Assembly (NCBI GenBank): GCA_963750475.1 | Contig: CAVVQQ010000003.1 | Coordinates: forward strand, 413,698 to 477,697 | DNA length: 64,000 nt | From: an uncultured Acidobacteriota bacterium | GTDB taxonomy: Bacteria; Acidobacteriota; Vicinamibacteria; Vicinamibacterales; 2-12-FULL-66-21 | Reading direction: 5' to 3' | Part shown: positions 10,466 through 20,259 of the stretch, piece after piece | How the letters are laid out: the number at the start of each line of letters is the position of its first letter | How positions within the stretch are numbered: the first letter of the stretch is position 1 | The notes under the pieces: generated by a model | What the model was told of the DNA's origin: nothing | What the model saw: the letters and a program-made list of their open reading frames with translations, nothing else | Databases searched by the model: none | Made by a program: the position numbers and the translations under genes

Positions 10466-11980
10466 TCAGGGGGCCACCTGGTAGATCCGGATTTCCGGCC
10501 CGGGCAGCTTCATGCCGTCAGGCGACGGGGTGAAGCGCACCAGTTCGCGGCTCTGCTCGAAGATCCGCATGTACTCCGCGTATCGTTCGGATGCACGTGC
10601 GGGCCGCTCAAGTACGGTCCATAGGACTGAGACGACGCGACCAGATACTGCACCCCCTCGCGCCGGTAGTCCTCGTAGGTCTGGTAGCGGAGCTGCGCGA
10701 CGTTCCGGGACTTGTACGGCGGCGGCAGGAGCAGCTTCCGGGTTTCGACGACGACCGTCGAGCCGGGCGGGACGTACTGCCGGATCCAGTCGTAGGCGAG
10801 CCGGGTCGTGTCGGCGCGGGCGATCTGGGCGTCGAATCTGATCGACGCGTAGAGCGGATGGGCCAGCGCCGCCGCCGTCAGCGCGGCGATGAGCGCCGCC
10901 CGCGGCGCCCGCGGGATCTCGTAGCGGCGCAGCAGGCTGACGCCCGAGACCACCGCCATCGCGGCCAGGAGGCAGAGCATCGGCACCATCGGCAGGAGGT
11001 AGCGCCCGTAGACGATCTGCTGCCCCGAGATCATGTAGAACTGCGCCACCGGCATGACCAGCAGGACCGCCCAGCGGGCCCGTCCGGGGCCGTTGACGAT
11101 CCGCACCAGCGCCATCACGAAACCGGCGGCGGCGAGGATCAGCGCGGGGTAGCCGAAGGCGATCCGCAGGTGCTTGAGGTAGGTGATGGCCGGCGGCTCG
11201 GCCGGCGCGGCGCCGACCTTGAAGTGCACCGCCAGCCGCGCGAAGCCGTCGAGGAAACTGCGCAGGTCGAGCAGCGAGTAGGGGGCGCCGATCAGAAACG
11301 CCCCCGCCGCGGCCGCGATCGCCGCCAGCGCGCACCACAACCGGGCGTCCTTGCCGCGCGGGGTCATGACGCAGGCGAGCAGCGGCATCAACAGCGCGAT
11401 GCCGCCGTTGTATTTGGTGGCGGCCGCCAACCCGGCCGCCGCTCCTGCCCAGGCGAAAGCGCCGACCGTCCCCTTCTCGTGCGCGGAGAGCGACAGCACG
11501 AGCGCCAGCATGATGAAGAACGTCGCCGGCACGTCGGCCGTGATGTAGTGCGACGACTGGACGTGCAGCGGCATCACGGCCAGCAGCCCCGCCGCGAGCA
11601 GGGCGTGGCGCGCCCCCCACCGCATCCCGGCCTGGAATACGAGCAGTACCGTGGCGGTGCCGAACAGCACCGTGACGCCGCGGCCCCAGGCGTAGAAGGT
11701 GGTGACGTCGATGGCGTCGACCGAGTTCCAGGCGCCGTGCAGCGCGCCGACCAGGAAGCGCGCCACGTAGACGACCAGCTGGACGTACATGTAGAGCGTC
11801 GGGTAGTCGTAGAACGGATGCGGGCTGAACGACCCGCTGCGCATCATGTTGAGCGCGCGCTCGGCGATCTCCGGCTCGTCGACCGCCGGCGAGTACCGGC
11901 AGGCCATGGCGGAGCGCCCAGAACCGCAGCACCGCGGCCACCCCCAGCACCAGCGCAAGGCTGGCCGTGGACGGCCGCAT
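10466..11980 (-). CDS. Glycosyltransferase family 39/PMT_2-like membrane protein (two frameshifts)
   Basis: MRPSTASLALVLGVAAVLRFWAL joins YSPAVDEPE..., HPFYDYPTLY, HYITADVP, GLAAATKY, RYLLP; the C-terminus returns to the first frame near 10590. Confidence 0.8.
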   Translation of the reverse strand: MRPSTASLALVLGVAAVLRFWALRHGLPVLAGGRRAGDRRARAQHDAQRVVQPASVLRLPDALHVRPAGRLRGALPGRRAARRLELGRRHRRHHLLRLGPRRHGAVRHRHGTARIPGRDAVGGAPRPARGGAAGRDAAARPVVALHHGRRAGDVLHHAGARAVALRAREGDGRRFRLGRSGGRVGGRHQIQRRHRAVDAAARLRHDPARQGRPVVVRAGGDRGRGGGVSDRRPLLAARPAQFPRRLRAAGGALQGRRRAGRAAGHHLPQAPADRLRLPRADPRRRRFRDGAGADRQRPRTGPLGGPAGHAGGAVLHDLGAADRLRALPPADGADALPPGRDGGGLGRQPAAPLRDPAGAAGGAHRRADGGGAGPSALRVDQIRRPDRPRRHDPARLRLDPAVRPARLDGRRRNPEAAPAAAVQVPERRAAPLPDLRGLPARGGAVSGRVVSVLWTVLERPARASERYAEYMRIFEQSRELVRFTPSPDGMKLPGPEIRIYQVAP

Positions 11981-12044
11981 GTCGCTCGCTTCACGCCACT
12001 CGCGCTCTGACACTCAATATCTCCCGGTCGAGTCCGGTAGCTTA

Positions 12045-13295
12045 CTACACCGTCTCCAGCAGTTCGTCGTAGAGACGCCGCGTCGCGACGGCCGCCGCCG
12101 CCCATGAGAAATCCCGCTCGACGATCGCCCGCCCCGCCGCGCCCATCGCGGCGCGGCGCCCGGGCTGGCCGAGCGCGCCGCTGACCGCCGCCGCGAGCGC
12201 CGCCGGATCGCCGGGCGCGACCAGCCAGCCGCTGACGCCGTGCCGCACCTTGTCCGGCAGCCCGCCCGCGGTGGTGGCAACCACCGTCCGCCGGTGCGCC
12301 ATCGCCTCGAGCGTGACGAGCGAGCTCCCTTCATAGAGCGTCGGATGGACGAAGAGGTCGGCCGCTTCATACCAGGCATGGAGGGCCGGATCGGGCAGAC
12401 GTCCCGCGAGCAGGACATGTTGTCCGATGCCGGCCTTGTCGATCGCCGCTTCCAGCCGCCGCCGGAACGGCCCGTCTCCGACGATGACCCAGCGCCACTG
12501 GCCGTCCGCGATTTGGCCCGCCTGATCGCGAAGCGCCGACAGCGCCGCCGCGAGGAGATGAAATCCCTTGTTCTCTTCGATCCGTCCGACGCTGAGCAGC
12601 ACCGCCTCGTCTGCTCCGATGCCGGCCTGCTGCCGGATGCGCGCGCCGTCCTCGACTCCGGCCAGCGCGTCGACCGCCGGCAGATCGAGCGCGTTGGGGA
12701 TGACCCGGACCCGCTCCGCCGGCAGGCGCAGATGGGCCCGCACAGACGACTCGAGCGCCCGATCGGTGGCAATCACCGCGTCCGCCGCCCGCGCGCAGGC
12801 GAGCACCGCCTGCCGCAGCGGGAAGTACGCCAGCCGCTTCAGCCGCACCCGGTCGGGGGCGGTCGCCCCGAACTCCTCGAGGCCCTGCGGGTTGAGCACC
12901 AGCGGCACGCGCGTCGCCGACCGCCGCCGGGCGAACCCGAGCACGCTCGCGCCGAAGCCATGGACGATGTCGATTGCCCCGGCGTCGGCCAGGCGCCAGG
13001 CCGCCCGCCCGGCGCGCTCCCCGAACACCGGATAAGACGTGATGCGATCGAGGATGGTCGTGCCGCGCCGTCCAGCGAGTGGAAAGGTGCGGTACGGCAC
13101 GAACATCAGCCTCACCGCCGGATGGATTGCGCTGCCGTCATGGCCAACGAGAGGCGGCCGCGTGACGAGCGTCACCTCGACGTCTGCGTCGGCGAGATGG
13201 CGGACCAGATCGTAGACGCTGCGCTCGAGGCCGCCGGCGCCGTGCAGCGGATACACCGCGCGCGAGACGATCGCCGCCCGGATGCGGCGCCTCAC
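12045..13295 (-). CDS. Glycosyltransferase family 4 (GT-B)
   Basis: GGLERSV N-terminus, VGRIEENKG, ADLFVHPTLYEGSSLVTLEAMA (EX7E motif). Confidence 0.93.
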   Translation of the reverse strand: MRRRIRAAIVSRAVYPLHGAGGLERSVYDLVRHLADADVEVTLVTRPPLVGHDGSAIHPAVRLMFVPYRTFPLAGRRGTTILDRITSYPVFGERAGRAAWRLADAGAIDIVHGFGASVLGFARRRSATRVPLVLNPQGLEEFGATAPDRVRLKRLAYFPLRQAVLACARAADAVIATDRALESSVRAHLRLPAERVRVIPNALDLPAVDALAGVEDGARIRQQAGIGADEAVLLSVGRIEENKGFHLLAAALSALRDQAGQIADGQWRWVIVGDGPFRRRLEAAIDKAGIGQHVLLAGRLPDPALHAWYEAADLFVHPTLYEGSSLVTLEAMAHRRTVVATTAGGLPDKVRHGVSGWLVAPGDPAALAAAVSGALGQPGRRAAMGAAGRAIVERDFSWAAAAVATRRLYDELLETV

Positions 13296-14551
13296 CGCGC
13301 CCCCCGCACGAGCCGATCGTAAAGCGCGTCTATTCGCTCGACGACCGCCGGGGCGTCGAAGCGGTCACGTGCATGAACGCGCGCCGCCGCCCCGAGCCGC
13401 GTCCTCAGCGCTTCGTCTCCGCGCAGCCGGCTAACGTCGCGCGCCAGGCCGTCGGCCGTCGCCGACAGCAGGCCGGTGCGCTCGGGAATGACGATGTCGG
13501 ATGTGCCGCCCGTGTCCATCGCGGCAATCGGGATCCCGAGTGCGCTGGCTTCGATGAGGACCCGGCTCAGCGATTCCGGGCCGCGCGAGGGGAAGATGAG
13601 CATCGACGCGTGCGCCAGCCATGCGGTCGCGGCCTCGCGATCGAGCCAGCCGGTGAGGCGCACGTCGCGGGTCGAGCGCCGCGCGGCGTCGGCTATGAGC
13701 GCCGTGTCGGGTCCGCTGCCGGCGATGACGAGCGGCCAGTCGAGCCCTGCCTGTTCCGCGACCGGAACGAGGTGGGTGGTCCCTTTGTTGGGCGCCAGCT
13801 TGCCGAGATAGAGGGCGTACGGGCCGTCGAGCGGCGCCGCCAATCTGCCGGCCGCCGCCTGCAGCGCCGCGACCTCCACCGGATTGGGAATCGTCTCGAG
13901 ACGCGTTGCCGCGATCTCCGGCGCCCGCGCCCGGAGATCAGCCGCGATCCGGGTGCTGACGGCGATGATCGCGTCGGCGTCAGCCAGGCCGCGGCGCTTG
14001 CCGGCTAGATTGCGGCGCATGTAAGGAATCATCGGCAGCGCCGCCGGCCACAGTGCTCCGGCGCGCGGGCGGATGCACTGCGTCATCATGCCCGCCGAAC
14101 ACTCCGGGCACAGCGCCGCGTCGTCTGTCGTATGAATGAGATCCGACCAGTAGCACACCGGCCAGTAGTCGCGGACCGTGCACACGGCCGGAATGCCGGC
14201 GGACCGGGCGGCGGCAATCGCCGGCAGGCAGGTGAGGACGTGCTGCCCGTGCACGAGATCGATCCGCTCGCGGGCGATCACCCCGGCAAGCAGCGCCGCG
14301 AGGCGCGGGTAGAGGCGTTCGTTCTTGAAGTAGTTGCGGACGTACGGCAGCGCCGGCGCCGGGAACCCTGCCTCGAGGACGGTGAAGCCGTCGTAGGTCC
14401 GCTCGCGGGTCCCCGGCGGCGTGCCGGGCCGCGGCTGGACGATGAACAATGTGTGGCCGCGCGCCCGCAGGCCGCGCGCCAGCTCGTAGGTGCTCCAGCC
14501 GCTGCCGCCGCAGACCGGCGGAAAAGCGTCGGTCGGAATGAGGATCCGCAT
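13292..14551 (-). CDS. Glycosyltransferase family 4 (GT-B)
   Basis: MRILIPTDAFPPVCGGSG start, LGKLAPNKG, PSRGPESLSRVLIEASA; Cys-containing insert (CY...CPEC...C). Confidence 0.92.
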   Translation of the reverse strand: MRILIPTDAFPPVCGGSGWSTYELARGLRARGHTLFIVQPRPGTPPGTRERTYDGFTVLEAGFPAPALPYVRNYFKNERLYPRLAALLAGVIARERIDLVHGQHVLTCLPAIAAARSAGIPAVCTVRDYWPVCYWSDLIHTTDDAALCPECSAGMMTQCIRPRAGALWPAALPMIPYMRRNLAGKRRGLADADAIIAVSTRIAADLRARAPEIAATRLETIPNPVEVAALQAAAGRLAAPLDGPYALYLGKLAPNKGTTHLVPVAEQAGLDWPLVIAGSGPDTALIADAARRSTRDVRLTGWLDREAATAWLAHASMLIFPSRGPESLSRVLIEASALGIPIAAMDTGGTSDIVIPERTGLLSATADGLARDVSRLRGDEALRTRLGAAARVHARDRFDAPAVVERIDALYDRLVRGAR

Positions 14552-14555
14552 GAGC

Positions 14556-15719
14556 TCAGCGCCGCGGCGCCGCGGTCCTCTCGCTTGCGGCGCGTGTGAT
14601 CGCCGCGTCGAGCGCGCGGCAATGGCTGTCCCAGCCGTACTCGCGCAGCGCGCGCCCGCGTGCTGCGGCCCCGAGCCTGCCCCTGAGCGACGCGTCGGCA
14701 AGCCGTTCCAGCGCGGCGGCCAGGCCGTCAGGATTCGCCGGGTCGTAGAGCAGCCCCTCGCGCCCGTCGCCGACAAGGGCCGGAATCCGGCCGACCGCCG
14801 GTGCGACGACCGGCAGGCCGGTCGCCATGTACTCGAAGATTTTCAGTGGCGACCAGTAGAACCCGAGCGCCAGCGGTCCGTGGCGCGCGACGTCAAAGGG
14901 CGCCGCGCCGATGTCGCAGGCGGCCAGGCAGGCCGCGATCCGGTCGTGCGGCAGCGGCCCCGTGAAGACGACGCCGTCGAGGCCGCGGGCGGCGTTGCGG
15001 ACGCGCGGCAGTTCCGGGCCGTCGCCGATGAACACCGCGCCGACGTCCCGCCGGCCGCGATCGTGCAGCCGCCGGACGGCGTCGGCGAGGTGGATGGCGC
15101 CGTGCCAGCTGCGGAACGCCCCGGCGAAGACCGCGACCGTGTCGGCCGGACGCAAAAATGGCACGGGTCCCTGCGCGTCCGGGCGGAAGCGGGCGGTGTC
15201 GGCGCCCCACTCGAGCGTGACAATCTTCGCTGCCGGTGTACCGGCCGGGAGGATCGCGGCGCTGGGTGTGACGATCGAATCCGCGTGCGCGCAGATCCAC
15301 TCCCGCCGCCGCCGCATCGGCTCGACCAAAAGCGCGCGGTCGAGGAGGTGCTTCGCCGAACCGGGATGGTCGATGACCGGCGCGTTGACCTCGAGGACCG
15401 CCGTCGCGCCGACGGCGCGCGCCGCGGCGATGCCCTCGCCGCCGAAGTTGTAGTAGCGCTCAATCACGACGTCCGGGCGGAGCCGTTCGGCGGCCTGCGT
15501 GACGGCGGCGGCGCGCCACCAGCGAAGCTCCTTGCGCCCGAGCGGCGGCGGCATCGCGACCCACCGGACCGGGCCGGGCGGCAGCGCGCCTCCCGGGGTC
15601 ACCAGCGCGTGCACCTCGTGGCCGAGCGCCGCCAGTCCCTCCGCCACCGCCGTGACGTGGGTCGAGCCCCCCTTCGTGCCCGGCACGGTCTGGTCGATGG
15701 CGCTGTAGAGGATCCGCAT
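14556..15719 (-). CDS. Glycosyltransferase family 4 (GT-B)
   Basis: MRILY start, FAGAFRSWHG, SPLKIFEYMATG motif. Confidence 0.92.
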   Translation of the reverse strand: MRILYSAIDQTVPGTKGGSTHVTAVAEGLAALGHEVHALVTPGGALPPGPVRWVAMPPPLGRKELRWWRAAAVTQAAERLRPDVVIERYYNFGGEGIAAARAVGATAVLEVNAPVIDHPGSAKHLLDRALLVEPMRRRREWICAHADSIVTPSAAILPAGTPAAKIVTLEWGADTARFRPDAQGPVPFLRPADTVAVFAGAFRSWHGAIHLADAVRRLHDRGRRDVGAVFIGDGPELPRVRNAARGLDGVVFTGPLPHDRIAACLAACDIGAAPFDVARHGPLALGFYWSPLKIFEYMATGLPVVAPAVGRIPALVGDGREGLLYDPANPDGLAAALERLADASLRGRLGAAARGRALREYGWDSHCRALDAAITRAASERTAAPRR

Positions 15720-16769
15720 CACTCCTTCACGAGCAGCGCGAAGAAGGGGCCGGACCGGATCCGACCGAACAGCCAGATGTCGAGCGTCATCAGCGCCGAC
15801 AGCACGCGCAGCGCGCCGTAGGTCGCGGGGCTGCGGGCGATGCGCTCCTTGGCGGCGGTGCGCGCCTCGCGGATGCCCTGCGCGTCCGCTTCGGCGGCGC
15901 CGACCGACCCTTTCAGCCGCGCCGTCGCGCGCCGGGCGAGCGCCCGCTCGGCGACGCGCATCAGGATGTTCTCGACCAGGCCGCCGACAATCGGCGTGTA
16001 GTAGCGGATCCGGCCGATCCGGAAGCCGGCGTCGTGCGCGACCTGCTCGAGCTCCGGGATGTTGCGCAGCGGGTTGAGGTGGTCGGACTTGCGCAGGTGC
16101 TCCTGGCGCAGGTCAATCAGCCCGACGCGCTCGAGCTGGCGCGCCAGCATGTTAATCCAGCGCAGCCCGATCGCAATCGGCGCGTTCTTGCGGACGTGGG
16201 TGTAGACGAAGAGCGCGCCCCCCGGCGCGAGCACGCGGGACGCCTCGGCGAGCATCGCGCCGAGCGCCTCCGGCGACAGGTGCTCGAGCACGTCCAGCGA
16301 GAACGCCTTGGTGAAGGTGCCATCCGCGAACGGCAGCTTGCGCAGGTCGCCAATCAGAAGGTCGATGCCGCGGCGCGCGTCCGCCGAAAAGAACGGGCTG
16401 ATGTCGACGCCGACGACCGACGCGCCCCAGTCGGTGTTCCAGAGCAGCGTCCGGCCGCTGCCGCAGCCGAGGTCGATGACCAGGTCGTGCGGCTCGGGGG
16501 CGAGGAAGGCGCGGAGCATGTCGTTGCGGAATCTTCGATCCGAGCAGCGGCGGCGAGACGCGCTCGTGGCGGGCATCGACGTGCAGCGACTCGTCCAGGT
16601 ACTTGGTCTGTTCCGCGTACTGGACCCGCGGCCGCAAATCGAGGAAGTCGGGCGAGGCGCTGTCGTAGGCCCGGCCGCAGCCGCGGCAGACGAGCGCCTC
16701 GGCCGGCCCGGCGAGGACGCCGTGGCAGTCCGGACACCGCACGATCGCGAGGAGCGCCTCGGAGATCAT
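15719..16769 (-). CDS. Class I SAM-dependent methyltransferase with N-terminal Trm112-like Zn-ribbon (one frameshift ~16530)
   Basis: MISEALLAIVRCPDC...CRGC in one frame joins DLGCGSG, GVDIS, LPFADGTF, LDVLEH, RVLAPGG in the next. Confidence 0.85.
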
Positions 16770-17980
16770 GACGCCGCGACCGCCGTGAGCAGCGCCTCGA
16801 TGCGCGCGGCGCGGCGCTCCCACGAGAACGCCGGCGCCGCCGCGGCGGCTGCCCGGGCGAGCCGCGCGCGCGTCGCCGGCTCGCTCGCGAGGCGGTCGAT
16901 CGCCGCCGCCAGCGGCCTCGCTTCTCCGGGCGGGACGAGCAGCGCGTCGACGTCGTCGTGCAGGATCTCTCTGATCGCCGGAAGATCCGACGCGACAATC
17001 GCGCGCCCGGCCGCCAGGTACTCGAACAGTTTCAAGGGTGACGTGAATCGCTCCGAAATGGCCGACCGCGGATTCGGCAGGACCAGGATGTCGGCGCCGC
17101 GCAGCAGCTCGGGCACGCGCGCCGGCTCGACGAGGCCGGTGAACGTGACCCGATCCGCGAGGCCCAGCCGGCCGGCCAGCGCCTGCAGCCGCGCCAGGTC
17201 GGGCTCGGCGGCGTGCCCTCCGACCACCAGGCCGCGCACGCCGGGCACCAGGGCGAGCGCCTCGAGCAGGCAGTCCACCCCCTTCCACGCATAGAGGTGT
17301 CCCGCGTACGCGACGAGCGGGCTCTCGCGCCTGACGCCGTCCGGCCCGGCGTCCGCCGCGGCCGCGGGCCGCGCCGCCATGCGCGCGCCGTCCGGTATGA
17401 CCTCCAGATGGAGGCGGCTGCCGAACCGCGCCTCGAGATCGGCGGCGAGCCCTGCCGTGATCGTGACATACCCCTCGGCCATCCGCCACACCGACGCTTC
17501 GCGGCCGGCGAGCCGCCGGAGCTTGCGCGCCGATGGCGCGGTCGCGGTCGCGATCAAATCCGGCAGCGCCGCCGCGACGTCCGGGGCGTAGCCGTGCGAC
17601 TCGTAGACGACCGGCGGGCGCAGCGCCCGCGGCAGCCGCACGAGCAGGGCCGCCACCCCGAGGTCGCGCGTCAGGACGACGTCGGCGCGTCCCGCGCCCA
17701 TGACGCGGCCGGCGGCGAACGACAGGTAGCCAAGACGCTTCGCCGCCGCGGGACCCTGCACCGGCGCCCGCAGGATGTGCAGCGTCGGGGCCGGCGGGAG
17801 TCCGTAATAGTCGAGCGCATCGCGCGCCGGCGTATGCGTGTCTGGCCTGACGGCCAGCTCGACGTCATGGCCGCGGCCCGCCAGCGCATGACACGTCTCG
17901 ATCGTCTGGATCCCGTTCGCGCGCTCGAGCGGGAAGCGGATGTCCGCCAGGTAAAGGATGCGGAGCGGCCGGACCGTCAT
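16766..17980 (-). CDS. Glycosyltransferase family 4 (GT-B)
   Basis: LRILYLADIRFPLERANGIQ, YAGHLYAWKG, TSPLKLFEYLAAG; ATGA overlaps at both ends. Confidence 0.92.
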   Translation of the reverse strand: MTVRPLRILYLADIRFPLERANGIQTIETCHALAGRGHDVELAVRPDTHTPARDALDYYGLPPAPTLHILRAPVQGPAAAKRLGYLSFAAGRVMGAGRADVVLTRDLGVAALLVRLPRALRPPVVYESHGYAPDVAAALPDLIATATAPSARKLRRLAGREASVWRMAEGYVTITAGLAADLEARFGSRLHLEVIPDGARMAARPAAAADAGPDGVRRESPLVAYAGHLYAWKGVDCLLEALALVPGVRGLVVGGHAAEPDLARLQALAGRLGLADRVTFTGLVEPARVPELLRGADILVLPNPRSAISERFTSPLKLFEYLAAGRAIVASDLPAIREILHDDVDALLVPPGEARPLAAAIDRLASEPATRARLARAAAAAAPAFSWERRAARIEALLTAVAAS

Positions 17981-19416
17981 CGGCTCTCCTCCGGCGCGTC
18001 GGGCGCCGCGCTGTCGGGCGGCTCGTAGAACGACGACCGCCGCAGCAGGTAGCGGTAGGCGAGATCCGGAGCGAGGCGCGGGAGCGTCACGAACGCGTCG
18101 TAGGCGTTGCGCCGCGGCTCGAGCCGCTGCCGGTCCATCAGCCGCGTCCCGAACTCCGCCATCAGCGCCACATTCCACCACACACACACCACGATCGCGG
18201 CCCAGAGCGCCAGGCGCGCGGCGGGCCGGCGGACGGCGTCGCCGAGCGCGGCCAGGCCGACGACGAGCAGCAGCGTCAGAGCGACGAAGCGGCGCTGGCC
18301 GAAGGCGCCGGCGACCGTCCACGACGCGACTGCGCCGCTGACGTAGATCTGCAGTCCGGCCATCAGGACGAGCAGGCCGCCGACGCGCCGGCGACCCGGC
18401 TCGCCGCGGATCGCCAGCAGGACGAGGCCGGCCAGCGCCAGGGCGGCAAGCGGGGTCCAGATCAGGAACCCGTGCTCGGGCGACGCCAGCACCTGGAGGG
18501 CGTGCGGCGAGGTCCAGTCCATCTTGCGGGTGACGAGCTCCGACGGCCGCGGCCGGCCGTTGAGCGCCTGGTAGGCGAGCAGCTGCGGCGCGTAGCCGGC
18601 GGCGAACGCGGCGCAGCCGGCGGCGGCCGCGGCGACTGGCTGGAAGCCGGCGGCGGCGCGGCTGTCGCGGCGGGCGCGTGCCGCGGTCAGCAGGAAGTCG
18701 AGCGCCGGCGCGACGACGAAGAGCGCGTCCTGTTCCCGGACCATCGCGACGAGCGCCCCGGCGAGCCCGAGCGCCGCGGCGCCGCGCGGGCTCCAGGCGT
18801 CCCGGACGTGCAGCCAGATGGTGACGAACAGGGCCACCGCGAACGCCGAGCACGCATGCGAGAACGGCGGCGCGACATACATGTAGAAGAGCAGCGGCGT
18901 TCCCGCCCATACCGCCAGGGCCGCGCCGAGCGAGGACGATCCGAGCAGGCGCCGGGCGGCGGCGATGCCGAGCCCGATCGCGGCGAAGCCGTAGAACGCC
19001 GAGCCATAGGCGACCGCCGCCACGTAAGGGCGGGAGTAGCCGTCGGCCGGGACGTCGGCGCCGACGCGGCGCGCCGTCCGCACGCCGACATCCGCCGCGG
19101 CGTAGAACGGCGACCACAGGATCGCGCAGCCGAGGGTGCCGTAGTTGATGCGGCGCCCCGCCGGCGTCTCGAGCTCGAGGAAGGTGTGGTGGAAATCGGC
19201 CGACTGGGCGATGCGGTGATCGTAGAAGTACTGGTACTCGTTCTCGAACGAGACGTCGTGGTCGAACCACAGCGACCGCAGATACGAGTAGTACTCGACC
19301 TCGTCCGACGAGTAGAGTCGCGCGGTCACGGCGGGGAGGGTGCAGGCGAACAGCACCACGAGGAGCGTCAGCTCCCGCGTCGACAGCCGCAGGCAACCGG
19401 TCAGTCGGCGGATCAC
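17977..19416 (-). CDS. GT-C fold membrane glycosyltransferase, paralog of 8421-10388
   Basis: SDEVEYYSYLRSLWFDHD..FENEY, HACSAF, W..AGAFGQRRF; multiple TM helices. Confidence 0.78.
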   Translation of the reverse strand: MIRRLTGCLRLSTRELTLLVVLFACTLPAVTARLYSSDEVEYYSYLRSLWFDHDVSFENEYQYFYDHRIAQSADFHHTFLELETPAGRRINYGTLGCAILWSPFYAAADVGVRTARRVGADVPADGYSRPYVAAVAYGSAFYGFAAIGLGIAAARRLLGSSSLGAALAVWAGTPLLFYMYVAPPFSHACSAFAVALFVTIWLHVRDAWSPRGAAALGLAGALVAMVREQDALFVVAPALDFLLTAARARRDSRAAAGFQPVAAAAAGCAAFAAGYAPQLLAYQALNGRPRPSELVTRKMDWTSPHALQVLASPEHGFLIWTPLAALALAGLVLLAIRGEPGRRRVGGLLVLMAGLQIYVSGAVASWTVAGAFGQRRFVALTLLLVVGLAALGDAVRRPAARLALWAAIVVCVWWNVALMAEFGTRLMDRQRLEPRRNAYDAFVTLPRLAPDLAYRYLLRRSSFYEPPDSAAPDAPEESR

Positions 19417-19422
19417 GCGAGG

Positions 19423-20202
19423 TTACCGCACCGCGAAGGCGAGGTATTTCACGAGCTGGACAAGGTTGAAGCCGGCATGGCTGACCATCGGCGCGACGAT
19501 GCTGCGGCGGGCGATGTAGAGGAGGCCCCAGAGCGCTCCCAGCACGCCGGTGACGATCATCGCGTCGAGCCCCTGCTCGATGTGGCCGAGGCCGAACGCG
19601 ATGCTGTGCACCAGGACGCCCCAGCCGGCGCCGCCCAGATACTGCCCGAAGCGGTGGATGATGAATCCGCGCTGGACCTCCTCGCGCATCCCGCCGGCAA
19701 TCATCACGACGGCGGCGAACAGCAGCGCATCGGTGCGGTTGCGGAGCATGTCCTCGAGCGGGTTCTGGGCGACGTTGTGCAGGTGCGGCGCGTAGCGCAT
19801 GATGCCGACGAGCATCAGGAGCGCGAGCAGGAAGATGAGCGGCAGCACCGCGATGCCGAAGAACGCCTCGCGGGCGATGCCGGCCGGCCCGAACAGCACC
19901 TGCCGCGCCGATTCATGATGCGCGCGCAGGAAGAACAGGACCAGGCCGACGACCAGCACCGCATCGACGAGCGCCAGCGTGAACACGAACGGCGGTGAAT
20001 AGGCGCCCTCGGCGGTGCGGACCCGCATGCCGAATCCCTGCAGCACCAGGATCAGGAGGAGCTGCGACGGATAGCCGGAGCAGAGCACGACCTCGACCAG
20101 GGCGCCAATCCGTTCGAACGGCAGCAGCCGTCGACGCAGCGGCGGGGCGGGAATGAAGGGGAGCTCCGGTACGGGCTCGGTACACAGGAGGGAACTGTGC
20201 AC
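19423..20202 (-). CDS. CPBP (CAAX protease/Abi) family intramembrane glutamic endopeptidase
   Basis: EEVQRG, FGLGH and HAGFN motifs within TM helices; start uncertain. Confidence 0.88.
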   Translation of the reverse strand: MHSSLLCTEPVPELPFIPAPPLRRRLLPFERIGALVEVVLCSGYPSQLLLILVLQGFGMRVRTAEGAYSPPFVFTLALVDAVLVVGLVLFFLRAHHESARQVLFGPAGIAREAFFGIAVLPLIFLLALLMLVGIMRYAPHLHNVAQNPLEDMLRNRTDALLFAAVVMIAGGMREEVQRGFIIHRFGQYLGGAGWGVLVHSIAFGLGHIEQGLDAMIVTGVLGALWGLLYIARRSIVAPMVSHAGFNLVQLVKYLAFAVR

Positions 20203-20259
20203 TACAGAGCCGGCGGACGGACGCCGGGTTCGGGGCTGGCGCCTCGAACCCGGCAGCCG

